The translations under genes and the position numbers were made by a program. Shown piece after piece: positions 48,366 through 58,612 of a DNA stretch of 64,000 nucleotides; the stretch's first letter is position 1, and each line of letters begins with the position of its first letter. This DNA comes from Spirochaetota bacterium (lineage in GTDB: Bacteria > Spirochaetota > UBA4802 > UBA5550). Location: positions 96,001 to 160,000 of the forward strand of contig CAXXHB010000002.1 in the NCBI GenBank assembly GCA_963664815.2. The letters are read 5' to 3'. The notes beneath the pieces are model-generated. The model had not been told where the DNA came from and searched no databases. It saw only the letters and a program-made list of their open reading frames with translations.

Positions 48366-49898
48366 TCAATCTGTAATATATTCTGCTATTTTCTTATAGT
48401 CAATTTTTTCAACAGTATCCAGAAATTGAACAATTTCCTTTGTAATTTCCTTCACACCACCTTTAATCTCCGACTCAATGTTCAGTGGAAGCACGGGGTC
48501 ATGGAGGGAAAGTCTGAGCAGAAACCATCCCTTCTGATTTTCGCTGCCACAGGAAACCCTCAATCCTTCATAACTGTTACGTGCTACAGACCATTCTTTA
48601 TTGTTATTCACAAAATCCTTAAAGGCATCAATAATTTTATTACCCTGTAATGCGAAGTTTTCTTCCAGAAGTTTAATTCTGAACTCCTCCTCTTCGACAG
48701 GTTGAATGAGATCACTGACAAATGCCAGGATGCTTTTCCCTTTTTCTGCTTTTAACCTTGCTGCCATAATTACAATCTTTGCCACAAGATACGCACCATC
48801 ATCAAGAAAATAATTCTCCATTAATGCCCCGTGCCCGGATGTCTCAATCGCAAGATGGCATTCCACCCCTTCTCTATTAAGACGTATAGCTTCATTTATA
48901 ACATTCTTATAACCGCGCTTGAACCTGTGATGTTTACCGCCAAGATTTTTCTCAATAAAAACCGTAAGACCGTCTGATGTGACAGAATCTGTTACTATTG
49001 CAGATCCCGGGTGTTCTTCCAGAACTATCGATGAAGCAAGAGCTATAAGCGTATTCCGGTTTATAATAATACCTGACCCGTCAACTATAGCCGCCCGGTC
49101 AACATCCGTATCAAATATTATCCCGAGATCAGAACCCGAGTTCAATACAGCCTCCCGGATTGATTTCATTGCTTCATTATTCTCAGGGTTAGGTTCATGA
49201 TTAGGAAACCTTCCATCCGGTTCAAGAAATATGCTTCCTGAGATATCCGCACCAAGGGGTTGAAGCACTTTAACAGCAAAAAAACCTCCGGCTCCATTAC
49301 CTGCATCGACAGCAATTTTCATTCCTTTCAACGGGTAATTATAATTATTTATACTATTAATTCCACCTTTTATTTTCTCGATAAATATCTCCGAATATTT
49401 ATCCATAAGATCAATTCCCGGAGATAAAATATTTTCATCATAAAACGGTTTTTCAGTTGAAGCAATGGAAAGTATCTTTCTAATATCTTCTTTCTCAAGA
49501 CCGCCGTCTGCTGTAAAAAACTTGAACCCGTTTCTGTTAAACGGCAGGTGACTTGCTGTAATCATAATCGCCCCGTCACATGCAAACTCATCAATAATTG
49601 TACTCATAAACATTGCCGGGGTTGATGCAAGACCGCAGTCAAATGCAGCACAACCACAGTTTATAATTCCGCTTATTATCCCCTTTTTCAGTCTTTCCCC
49701 GGTTATTCTCGAATCCATTCCAACTGATATTACAAGGTTTTCAGTTTCAGAATTTTTCCTTTCAGCAAGCCACTTCACAAATGATGAAGCTATCATTGAG
49801 GCTATCTCAGGAGAGAGGTTTACTTTTTCATCGCCTGATTCTATCGCAATACCGCGTATATCCGATCCGTTCTGAAGTTTATTCCAGTCAATCAACAC
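48366..49898 (-). CDS. Phosphoglucomutase/phosphomannomutase
   Basis: LQNGSDIRG, ITASHLP (phospho-Ser), FDTDVDR, IETSGH, LRLSLHDP. Confidence 0.93.
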   Translation of the reverse strand: MLIDWNKLQNGSDIRGIAIESGDEKVNLSPEIASMIASSFVKWLAERKNSETENLVISVGMDSRITGERLKKGIISGIINCGCAAFDCGLASTPAMFMSTIIDEFACDGAIMITASHLPFNRNGFKFFTADGGLEKEDIRKILSIASTEKPFYDENILSPGIDLMDKYSEIFIEKIKGGINSINNYNYPLKGMKIAVDAGNGAGGFFAVKVLQPLGADISGSIFLEPDGRFPNHEPNPENNEAMKSIREAVLNSGSDLGIIFDTDVDRAAIVDGSGIIINRNTLIALASSIVLEEHPGSAIVTDSVTSDGLTVFIEKNLGGKHHRFKRGYKNVINEAIRLNREGVECHLAIETSGHGALMENYFLDDGAYLVAKIVIMAARLKAEKGKSILAFVSDLIQPVEEEEFRIKLLEENFALQGNKIIDAFKDFVNNNKEWSVARNSYEGLRVSCGSENQKGWFLLRLSLHDPVLPLNIESEIKGGVKEITKEIVQFLDTVEKIDYKKIAEYITD

Positions 49899-50396
49899 GT
49901 ATGGTACCTCTATTCTTTATTTATTAAATCAAAATCTTACACCAGAAGCAGTGAGTAGAGCCGCTCCAGATACCCCCAAACATCGCACTGTTTGTACAGA
50001 GCTTTATTATAAAGTATGCCTTTCGTATGGGGATTCCCTTCAAACGCGAGACGAAATTTCACAAAAAAAGTTTAATAAATTTTTTGAGAAATACAACTAT
50101 TAATGTCTATGGATAATTAAATGGAATTATTAATTCTGTAAAGACAAAAACTTGAATCTGATATCTGCAGGCTTTACCGGTTATTTTAAAAAACACTCCA
50201 AAAATAAAATAATACAGTTATAATAATTGTTTTAAAAACTCAATTCCCGAATATTAGCTAACCAGAACTAAACACAAATACTCTTAGCCAATAAATCTGA
50301 GCGTTTTTTAATTCCGGCAAATTAATTTTACAAAAAATGTTCTTAAAATAGCTATATTAACTATAGAAATAATTAAATCCAAATATGGGGGCTCAT

Positions 50397-50861
50397 ATGG
50401 AACAGACACCACTAAAAACAGGAGATACAGCACCGGATTTTACATTAAAAAACCAGCATGGTGAAGAGATAAAATTAAGCGCTCTGCGCGGGAAAAAAGT
50501 TCTGGTTTCATTTCATCCTTTGGCGTGGACGCCTGTCTGCGAGATACAGATGAAATCACTTGAAATAAAATATGCCACTTTCAGTACACTTAACCTTGTG
50601 GCTCTGGGATTAAGTGTTGACAGCCAGCCCTGCAAGAAAGAATGGGGGGAATTTATTGGTATAGAAAAAACCGATCTTCTTGCCGATTTCTGGCCTCATG
50701 GAGACGTTGCTTCTAAATTCGGAGTATTTATCGATAAGGCCGGAATTTCAGGGCGTGCAAATTTTCTTATAGATGAAAATGGTAAAATAATTTTTGCCAG
50801 AGTTTATGAGAAATCAGAGATTCCCGACATCGAGGAGATAATAAGGTTCGTGCAGAAATAG
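50397..50861 (+). CDS. Peroxiredoxin (AhpC/TSA family, AhpE-like)
   Basis: GDTAPDFTL, FHPLAWTPVC (PxxxTxxC), GLSVDS, LADFWPHG, RANFLIDENG. Confidence 0.92.
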   Translation: MEQTPLKTGDTAPDFTLKNQHGEEIKLSALRGKKVLVSFHPLAWTPVCEIQMKSLEIKYATFSTLNLVALGLSVDSQPCKKEWGEFIGIEKTDLLADFWPHGDVASKFGVFIDKAGISGRANFLIDENGKIIFARVYEKSEIPDIEEIIRFVQK

Positions 50862-50998
50862 TTTAAGACAAAGAGAAAATGAACCGGGAAAAGATGTTCA
50901 AATTCATCATGAGTTATTTTTTTGGAGGGATGCTGTTTTTAACATATAAAATTTTTCAAAAATTCTGCTTGATCCATGTCATTTGCTTTTCCGGACTG

Positions 50999-51028
50999 GT
51001 TATATAGAGACATAAGTCTCTATATAAC
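50999..51028. repeat. Perfect 13-bp inverted repeat
   Basis: GTTATATAGAGAC-ATAA-GTCTCTATATAAC, 35 bp upstream of ORF 51064. Confidence 0.8.
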
Positions 51029-51063
51029 AATAAAAAATTATAATAAATACGGAGAGTAAATGT

Positions 51064-51579
51064 ATGGCAAAAGTAAAGCTTCATCCCTATTTAAGAACTG
51101 CACATGGAGGCCTGGAAGGTCTTGTGCTTTACAGACGATATGGAAAGATCTACATTAAAAGGCGTACAATTCCTGCTAATCCCCGAACAGAACCGCAGGT
51201 AAAATGCAGAGGTAATTTCGGCGACAGCGTTAAGGCATGGCAGAACCTTCCGGAAGAGGAGAAGACACTTTACAGAAACAGGGCAAAGAGAAAGAAAAAA
51301 GCAGGGTACAATCTCTTTATGTCTGAATATCTTCGTGGCATTGTACCCGGTTCCCCGGTATCTCCATCTGGAAGCAGTGTAACACCCTGTGAAGATACTT
51401 ATTATACAATCTCATGTTCTGAAAACAGCAAAACAGAAAATAGAAAGAATGATACAAATGCAGTAAAAGAGAGAGGCTCATCTGCCGAAACGGTGTCTCA
51501 GAAGTATGAAGACCCTGTTAAAAACCGTTTCAATACCGTTTCAACTCCGTTACCGAAAGATAAAAACGCTGGTTTTTAG
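51064..51579 (+). CDS. Basic hypothetical protein with HMG-box-like helical segment
   Basis: GGAG SD. K/R-rich N-terminal ~92 aa including WQNLPEEEKTLYRNRAKRKK...GYNLFMSEYL. Low-complexity tail. Confidence 0.65.
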   Translation: MAKVKLHPYLRTAHGGLEGLVLYRRYGKIYIKRRTIPANPRTEPQVKCRGNFGDSVKAWQNLPEEEKTLYRNRAKRKKKAGYNLFMSEYLRGIVPGSPVSPSGSSVTPCEDTYYTISCSENSKTENRKNDTNAVKERGSSAETVSQKYEDPVKNRFNTVSTPLPKDKNAGF

Positions 51580-51915
51580 CTGTCAGCAGCGTGTTTGAGG
51601 CGGAATTGAAGTGAAATTAAAGCGAAATTGACTTTTCTCTAAAGAGAGTCTGACTTTTATCATAAATCTGCCGTGTTATTGATCATAAACCTGTTGATGC
51701 ATAGCGTTGAGTACGCTGGTGTACGATACCTCTATCCGCAGAAAATCCCGGTAATCCTTAAATACTGTAATCGTGTTCAGAATTATACATATAGCAGGTT
51801 TAAGTACGGAACCGGTTTCTTCGTTGCGATTTCCTCAATTTAAAATGCGGATTGTTTTTTTACAGAAAGGGCGTATCATTACTTTTATCTCTGCCTCCGA
51901 AAAAGAGGGTGTAAA

Positions 51916-52539
51916 TTATTCTTCATAGTCATTTCTGATTCTTCTTAAAACCCTGTTTATAGATTCATAATCGAAACCTCTTCCTCTGAGGTAAGCCGAT
52001 ACTTTCACAAAACAATTCTCTTTATCTTTGACCGACATATACTTTTTCATAGCAAGCCCAAATAGGGCATCATCATCCGTAACATCTGCTCCCGATTCCC
52101 GGATAACCTTATCTATAATTTTTCTTCCAACTCCCTTCCTGTGCAGATCCCGGATAATTATATCTTTTCCGGATTTCCCGGATTTTATCTTCTCTTTAAC
52201 GAATGACATGGAGAAATCGTAATCATTGAGATACCCTTTTTCTTTCATATAATCCAGAGTCTCTTCAACATGTTTTTCAGAGAAATTTTTCTTTTTCAGG
52301 TACTGCCTGAGCTCATCAACTGAACGTCCTCTTGCTGAAAGCTGACTGAAAGCCTTTTCCATGCATTCAAACTTTCTTGATTCCTCATAAAGCTCAACAT
52401 AACACTCTGCCGAAAGTGACATACCATCCGATATTTTATACATGGAATATGCATCATAAGATATCTTTATCATTTCGCTGTTATTCAGTTCAAGCTGGAC
52501 TGAGTTCTTATTGAATATCAGTTTTATTATTTCAGGCAT
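51916..52539 (-). CDS. recX: Regulatory protein RecX
   Basis: LSARGRSVDELRQYLKKK, GYLNDYDFS, G...I.RDLHRKGV, YLRGRGFDY. AAGGAG SD before ATG 52539. Confidence 0.88.
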   Translation of the reverse strand: MPEIIKLIFNKNSVQLELNNSEMIKISYDAYSMYKISDGMSLSAECYVELYEESRKFECMEKAFSQLSARGRSVDELRQYLKKKNFSEKHVEETLDYMKEKGYLNDYDFSMSFVKEKIKSGKSGKDIIIRDLHRKGVGRKIIDKVIRESGADVTDDDALFGLAMKKYMSVKDKENCFVKVSAYLRGRGFDYESINRVLRRIRNDYEE

Positions 52540-52740
52540 CTTTGCTCCTTCTGAATAGTGCATTCAAAGTAAGAAACAACAGGGATATCATATAATGGAT
52601 TCAGTGAAATCTCGGTAATTATTTTCTTTCGCTGTAAAGAGAATAGTAAGACTTTATATTCAGCTTCTTCTTTTTTATGAATTTTAAATAAAAAAAGGAT
52701 GCACGAAGCATCCTTTTTTGCAATTATATGTAAAAATATC

Positions 52741-53130
52741 TTAACGTTTTGAAAACTGAAATCTTTTTCTGGCTTTTTTCTGACCAGGTTTTTTCCTTTC
52801 GACCTTTCTTGCATCTCTGGTAATGAATCCTGCTTCTCTAAGTGTTTTTTTCAGTTTTTCATCTGTCTGAACAAGACATCTTGCTATACCCATCTTAACT
52901 GCGCCGGCCTGACCTGACCACCCGCCGCCGCAGACATTAGCCATTACATCATAATTTTCAAGCTGACCAACATGTTCGAGAGGCTGCCTTACAATAAGTC
53001 CAAGTGTCATTCTTCTGAAGTATTCACTTATAGGTTTTTTATTGATTATTATCTGACCAGTACCGGGTTTGAGCCATACCCTTGCAACCGAGGTCTTTCT
53101 TCTTCCTGTAGCATAAATCTTTTCCGCCAT
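52741..53130 (-). CDS. rpsI: 30S ribosomal protein S9
   Basis: [13 protein letters not shown]...[10 protein letters not shown]...[24 protein letters not shown]. Confidence 0.99.
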   Translation of the reverse strand: MAEKIYATGRRKTSVARVWLKPGTGQIIINKKPISEYFRRMTLGLIVRQPLEHVGQLENYDVMANVCGGGWSGQAGAVKMGIARCLVQTDEKLKKTLREAGFITRDARKVERKKPGQKKARKRFQFSKR

Positions 53131-53157
53131 TTAACTCTCTCCTTTAAATCCTGTATA

Positions 53158-53598
53158 CTATAGATTGATAATTTCAGGTAATTGTGCACTGTGAGGATGC
53201 TTGTCACCGGCATATATTTTCAAGTTGGTCATCTGTTTACTTGCAAGTTTGCTTTTGGGGAGCATCCCTTTTACAGCATGCATAATTACAAATTCCGGTT
53301 TTTCCTTCATAACTTTCTTGATATTGGTAAATCTGTCACCACCTGGATATTGTGTGTGCTTAAAATAGTCTTTATCGTTAGATTTCATCCCTGTGAGTAC
53401 AACTTTTTCAGCATTGATAACAATAATATTGTCGCCCATATCAAGATTTGGTGTATATTCAGGTTTATTTTTTCCCCTTAGAATGGTTGCAATTTCAGTT
53501 GCAAGCCTTCCAAGTACTTTTCCTTCAGCATCAACAAGATACCATTTTTTCTGAATCTCCGCTTCTTTCATTGAATACGTTTTTTGAATATCCTTCAT
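53158..53598 (-). CDS. rplM: 50S ribosomal protein L13
   Basis: WYLVDAEGKVLGRLA...LRGKNKPEYTP..D.GD..IVINAEKV...AVKGMLPK...HPHSAQ. Confidence 0.99.
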   Translation of the reverse strand: MKDIQKTYSMKEAEIQKKWYLVDAEGKVLGRLATEIATILRGKNKPEYTPNLDMGDNIIVINAEKVVLTGMKSNDKDYFKHTQYPGGDRFTNIKKVMKEKPEFVIMHAVKGMLPKSKLASKQMTNLKIYAGDKHPHSAQLPEIINL

Positions 53599-54093
53599 CT
53601 AAAAGCCTCTCATAATTCTGTAAATTCTAAATTTTCTCAATATTTCTCTTTAATCGTCATCGAATAAAAAGTCTAACTATAACAACGCAATTGGGAGCGG
53701 GATAGTTAATAATTACATTTTTTATACTAAATTATATAAAAACCGTCTCTGCAATATTTTTACAGAACAGAAATATAAAACAATATATACCCATAAAGCT
53801 GTCAATAAAATTAATAACAATTTTTATTCAATTTTGAATTAATTCAGGAGAATTAACCTCATTATTAAAAATATATCGAGTTCTAGTAAAAATTTTTATC
53901 TTTGTCAATTATGAAACCTTTAAATTACTTTTTAGACTGAAGATAATTCATAAAAAATTAAATACTAATTATCAGCACTTTTATTATAATTAACAGAGCA
54001 ATTAAGCATATTAATAAAATTGAGTTGAGAAAAATCAAATAAATATTTATGTAGATTGATATTTATTATTTATTAAAAAAGGGGGATATTTAA

Positions 54094-55086
54094 TTGAAAA
54101 ATATTAAGATTTTTACTGCAATTTTTATATTCATATCATTTGTTTCAATGAACGGTACTGCATTTGAGCTTCCAGACAGCATCAGTGGAATCAAAGTTCC
54201 TAAACCGACAGCAGAAATAGTAAATTTTGATATAGATTCAATAAGCCTTACAGATGTTACCCTTCTTTTTGATATTGAGATATCAAATCCCTATCCTGTA
54301 AAGCTTAAGCTCAGTACTGTTTCTTTTGTATTTTTCGTGGACAATAAGCAATTTTTTAAAACATCAACCGACAAACTAAAAATAAAAGCGAAAGGAAAAG
54401 AAACAACTAGGCTTTTTGTAAATATCAAATACGCGGACATGGCTAATATTATTAAAGATTATAAGGAGAAGGATTCTCTGGAGTGTGTTGTTGAAGGTGA
54501 AGTCGTTCTTCCTCTTCCAAAAACTGATAAGACTGTTAAGTTTCCGTTTAAACTTAAAAAGGAAGTCCCTGCTATAAAACCAGATATAAGTATAGCTAAT
54601 TTTACCGTAGCTAAACCTTCAACAGCGGACATTGAGGAGGCAATAAAAAGAGCACAGAAGAAAAACCTTAATGCCGACGCAGTAAAAAATATGTTCGGCG
54701 CAATTCTTGACGGGAAAAATCCTGTGAAGGTTATTGATCCCTCCGACCTTGACCTGAAATTAAAAGTAAATTTTGATGTTGTCATGAAAAATAAAACCAA
54801 GGCAGCTATTTACTTTAATGATCTGAATTATAACTTTAAGGTAAACGATAGTAAACTAGTTGACGGTTACACGAAGGATATTACAAATAAAACCGGCGAA
54901 TATATATTAAGCATAAATAACGATTTCAGCTCAAAAGCTCTGGGTAAAGCTATACTCAAAGCATTTAATGACGGGAAAGGGAATTTTTCATTAACAGGCT
55001 ATTCCATGGTTAAATTTCCTGATAAAATTAAAAAAACCCCGCTGAAATTGAATTTCAATGAAAATGGAGCACTTTCAATAAAATGA
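54094..55086 (+). CDS. Exported LEA type 2 (WHy) double-domain protein
   Basis: TTG start after a GGGGG SD and a signal peptide. ISLTDVTLLFDIEISNPYPVKLKL (LEA_2 NP motif) plus a second similar domain. Confidence 0.78.
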   Translation: MKNIKIFTAIFIFISFVSMNGTAFELPDSISGIKVPKPTAEIVNFDIDSISLTDVTLLFDIEISNPYPVKLKLSTVSFVFFVDNKQFFKTSTDKLKIKAKGKETTRLFVNIKYADMANIIKDYKEKDSLECVVEGEVVLPLPKTDKTVKFPFKLKKEVPAIKPDISIANFTVAKPSTADIEEAIKRAQKKNLNADAVKNMFGAILDGKNPVKVIDPSDLDLKLKVNFDVVMKNKTKAAIYFNDLNYNFKVNDSKLVDGYTKDITNKTGEYILSINNDFSSKALGKAILKAFNDGKGNFSLTGYSMVKFPDKIKKTPLKLNFNENGALSIK

Positions 55087-56144
55087 TAATACCTGTAATA
55101 ATGGCGGGCGGAGCGGGCACAAGACTCTGGCCGATGAGCACAGAAGAAAAACCTAAACAGTTTCATAATATGTCCGGTCGTGGTACTCTTCTTCAGGAGA
55201 CCATAAACAGACTTAAACCTGTTTCTCCTGAAGAAATAGTAATAGTAACTGCAAGAAAATATGAGAGTCTTTCATTGGAGGAGATAAAAAACGCAGGACT
55301 TAAAGGCACGGTACTTTCTGAACCAATGCCTAGAAATACTGCTGCAGCAATCTTTTATGCAGCCATGTTTCTGAAAAAGAAATACAATGATCCTGTAATG
55401 GTGGTTCTCCCTGCAGATCATTTTATCAGCGATATTGCCGGATTTACCAATATTATAAAAAAAGCTGTATCCCTTGCAGAGAATGGTTCTCTTGCAACAA
55501 TTGGAATTAAACCAGATTATCCGGAAACAGGTTACGGCTATATTAAAGGAACTACTCTTACCAATGGCGCCTCTCTGGTTGAAAAATTTGTTGAAAAACC
55601 GGGTCTTGAAACAGCTAAGCAATATATTGCTGATGGAAATTATTACTGGAACAGCGGAATATTTTCCTGGAAATGCTCTGTAATAATTGACCGATTCCAA
55701 GAGCTCCTCCCTGAAATGTATAATCAGTTTATGAAATTTGATACTCTTTCTTATGAACATATAGCCTCTAATTCATCTGAAATCTGGGCGCTGAAAGAAA
55801 AGATTTTTTCCGAAATTCAATCTATATCAATAGATAATGGCATCCTTGAAAATTCCGGGAACAGAATGGTCATACCTGCGGAATTCGGCTGGGCTGATCT
55901 TGGAAGCTGGAAATCAGTTGATGATATCCTTGACCCTGATAATAACAGAAACAGAACTCAATCCCCTGAAAACTCTATTTTTGTAGAAAGTGGAGATTGC
56001 ACTATTCTCAGTGAAGGAATGAGAATAGCGTTAGTTGGAGTTTCAAATTTAGTAGTTGTCCAGTCAGGAAATAACATTCTGGTTATTGATAAAGATTCAT
56101 CACAGAGTGTCAGAACTGTAGTTGATATTATCAGGAAGAGTTAA
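55083..56144 (+). CDS. manC: Mannose-1-phosphate guanylyltransferase
   Basis: VIMAGGAGTRLWPMS..KPKQF, EPMPRNTAAA, PADH, ETGYGYI, FVEKP, WNSGIF, WADLGSW. ATGA overlap with the upstream gene. Confidence 0.93.
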   Translation: MIIPVIMAGGAGTRLWPMSTEEKPKQFHNMSGRGTLLQETINRLKPVSPEEIVIVTARKYESLSLEEIKNAGLKGTVLSEPMPRNTAAAIFYAAMFLKKKYNDPVMVVLPADHFISDIAGFTNIIKKAVSLAENGSLATIGIKPDYPETGYGYIKGTTLTNGASLVEKFVEKPGLETAKQYIADGNYYWNSGIFSWKCSVIIDRFQELLPEMYNQFMKFDTLSYEHIASNSSEIWALKEKIFSEIQSISIDNGILENSGNRMVIPAEFGWADLGSWKSVDDILDPDNNRNRTQSPENSIFVESGDCTILSEGMRIALVGVSNLVVVQSGNNILVIDKDSSQSVRTVVDIIRKS

Positions 56145-57098
56145 AAAAACAGTTTCATCTTAATAAGACAGAAAAACTACAAAATTCAATTTAATGGATA
56201 TAGAACTATACATTATCCATATGTCAAATATTCTGTCGGCATATGTTTTTCATAAACTCCCTGATACTGATAGTAACTTCGTAATCTTCCATTGAATTCC
56301 TTCTGGTATTATAACTCCATTTTTATTACAGCTTGTAAATAATTGAATCTATCAATTCTGAAAGCAAAAAAAACACAGATTAAATCTGAAAACATTTAAA
56401 AATGTGACGACAACCGGGCATCAATAATGATTTTTTTTAATAGCAACTTAAATTCTTTTAAACCGCCTTATATACATATGTATTTCCTTTTATAGAGTAT
56501 TTCTTATTAAAATCTTATACCTAATAAAAAAATATAATTTTTAACAGAGAATAAACTGACTCTAGTGGCTTAATCACAGTGTTTATCAAATAAAGGTGCG
56601 TTTGAGTTGGCACTCTGTAATATTTCTTTTATTTAGAGTTAAACTAAAATAACCGATATTAATTTCAATTGATAATAAGGTAATTATACAATATTCTATG
56701 CTAAAATTTAAAATTATTAACAAAAATGGAGTAATGTGGTCTTTTTTTTAAAAAAATTTTAAAAATATCTAATTTGAAGTAGTATAATTAAAAAAAATTA
56801 TTTACGTAAATTGTTGTGTTTTGCAGAATTTAAAAAACCGTTCGGACGGGAGTTTTATACCGTCTGGAAATATGTATAATGTTTACAATTTTTCGATAAA
56901 GGAGGAAGTGAAATTACAAATCAGCTAAATCTGTTTTCAATTAATTTTAATTCATTAAATCATAATATTCTTAACGGATTTTTAATCAACATTTTCAGAG
57001 TAATTTATGTTTTATGAATTACACGTATTTTTATCAGAAACTTTATAAAAAGAGACGCATTACCAAATAAGCACTTAATAAAAGGAGAAAGAGATAAA

Positions 57099-58472
57099 AT
57101 GAGCAATGTGAATCAAATGTACAAAGAAAAGTTAAGGACAGCCGCTGAAGTTGCCAAAATGGTTAAATCCGGAGAGTGGCTGGACATAGGAATGTTCAAC
57201 GGTAAATCTGTAGCTTTTGAAAGAGAGCTGGCAAACCGTAAAGATGAATTGCGGGACATTGTTGTTTTTACCGGAGTTTCAATGCTGCCGGTTCCTCAAA
57301 TGCTTATGAAAGACCCTATGGGAGAGGTTTTTACTTATGTTGACTACCATTTCAGTCCTTTAAGCCGTATAGTACAGGAAAAACGCAATAATGTGTTTTA
57401 CAGCCCGACACAGTTTGGCGAGTCTGAAGAATGGTTTGAATTGAAGTATAATGATCCTGATAAAATCGGGACTGACCACAGGGATTGGACAGTCTACAGA
57501 ACAACTCCTATGGACAAGGATGGATATTTCAACTTTGGTCTTCAAAATGGTATTACATATGTTCAAATGTTGTCTGCCAAAAAATGTGTTGTTGAAATTT
57601 GTTCAGAAATGCCATACTGTCTTGGTGGAACAAGAGAACGTATCCATATATCGGATGTTGATTTCGTAATTGAAGAAGATTCCCCAATTTCAGAAATGGC
57701 TAATGCTGAACCATCAGATATCGATCGTAAAATTGCACAGCATGTACTTCCTCATATTAAAAATGGCGATACTATTCAACTTGGTATAGGTGGTATGCCA
57801 AACGCCCTCGGACAGATTATCTGCGAAACTGATCTCAAGGATCTTGGCGGACATACTGAAATGCTCGGTGAAGCATATATGGGTATGATGGAATCCGGTA
57901 AAATGAACAATAAAAAGAAAGTGCTGGATAAAGATAAGACTGTTTATACTTTTGCTGCCGGTACAAAAAAGCTTTATAACTGGATGGATCACAATGCCGC
58001 ATTGGCATCATATAATGTTCACTGGGTAAATAACCCCATTAATCTTTCAAGGATTGACAACCTTATATCAATCAATCAGGCTCTTGAGGTTGACCTTTAC
58101 AATCAGGTCAGTGCTGAAAGCTCCGGCTTCAAACAGATTTCTGGTAATGGCGGAATGCTTGATTTTGTTCTTGGTGCATTCTATTCAAAAGGTGGAAGAA
58201 GTTTAATTTGTCTTCCGTCCACTCATACCGACAAACAGGGAAATGTTACTTCAAGAATTGTTCCGAGTTTTGCTACAGGTACAATCACTACTGTTCCACG
58301 TCAGAGTACAAACTTTATTGTTACTGAATATGGTTCTATTTCACTCAAAGGCCATAACACATGGAAGAGAGCTGAACTGATTATTTCAATAGCTCACCCT
58401 GATTTCCGTGAAGAGTTGATAAAAGCTGCTGAAGAACGCAAAATATGGAGAAAAACAAACAAGATTTCATAA
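57099..58472 (+). CDS. Acetyl-CoA hydrolase/transferase family protein (butyryl-CoA:acetate CoA-transferase-like)
   Basis: AAAGGAG SD. TPMDKDGYFNFG, IQLGIGGMPNALG, DLGGHTEM, QISGNGGMLDFVLGAFYSKGG, VTEYG, IAHPDFREELI. Confidence 0.92.
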   Translation: MSNVNQMYKEKLRTAAEVAKMVKSGEWLDIGMFNGKSVAFERELANRKDELRDIVVFTGVSMLPVPQMLMKDPMGEVFTYVDYHFSPLSRIVQEKRNNVFYSPTQFGESEEWFELKYNDPDKIGTDHRDWTVYRTTPMDKDGYFNFGLQNGITYVQMLSAKKCVVEICSEMPYCLGGTRERIHISDVDFVIEEDSPISEMANAEPSDIDRKIAQHVLPHIKNGDTIQLGIGGMPNALGQIICETDLKDLGGHTEMLGEAYMGMMESGKMNNKKKVLDKDKTVYTFAAGTKKLYNWMDHNAALASYNVHWVNNPINLSRIDNLISINQALEVDLYNQVSAESSGFKQISGNGGMLDFVLGAFYSKGGRSLICLPSTHTDKQGNVTSRIVPSFATGTITTVPRQSTNFIVTEYGSISLKGHNTWKRAELIISIAHPDFREELIKAAEERKIWRKTNKIS

Positions 58473-58511
58473 ACATATAAAATCATCAATTGATGATAGT
58501 GATTTTATATT

Positions 58512-58550
58512 AAACCGGCGGGTACACATCCATTTACCCGCCGGTTTTTT
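58512..58550 (+). terminator. Intrinsic terminator
   Basis: AAACCGGCGGGTA-loop-TACCCGCCGGTTT followed by a T-tract. Confidence 0.88.
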
Positions 58551-58612
58551 ATTTAATGAAAAAATATATTTCAATACAGAGTCTCTGCAATATGTAATAC
58601 CTGCTGCTTCTT

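Noticed and set aside
52527-52814. 95-aa minus-strand ORF bridging rpsI and recX
   Set aside because: Out-of-frame overlap with rpsI, no SD and no recognisable motif.
53640-53810. Possible L13 leader RNA (TAACTAT...ATAGTTA stem upstream of rplM)
   Set aside because: A single weak AT-rich stem that cannot be matched to a known model by eye.
56898-56928. Perfect AAAGGAGG followed by GTG and a 6-codon ORF (leader peptide?)
   Set aside because: The SD-to-start spacing is only 2 nt, and there are no regulatory codon runs or attenuator.
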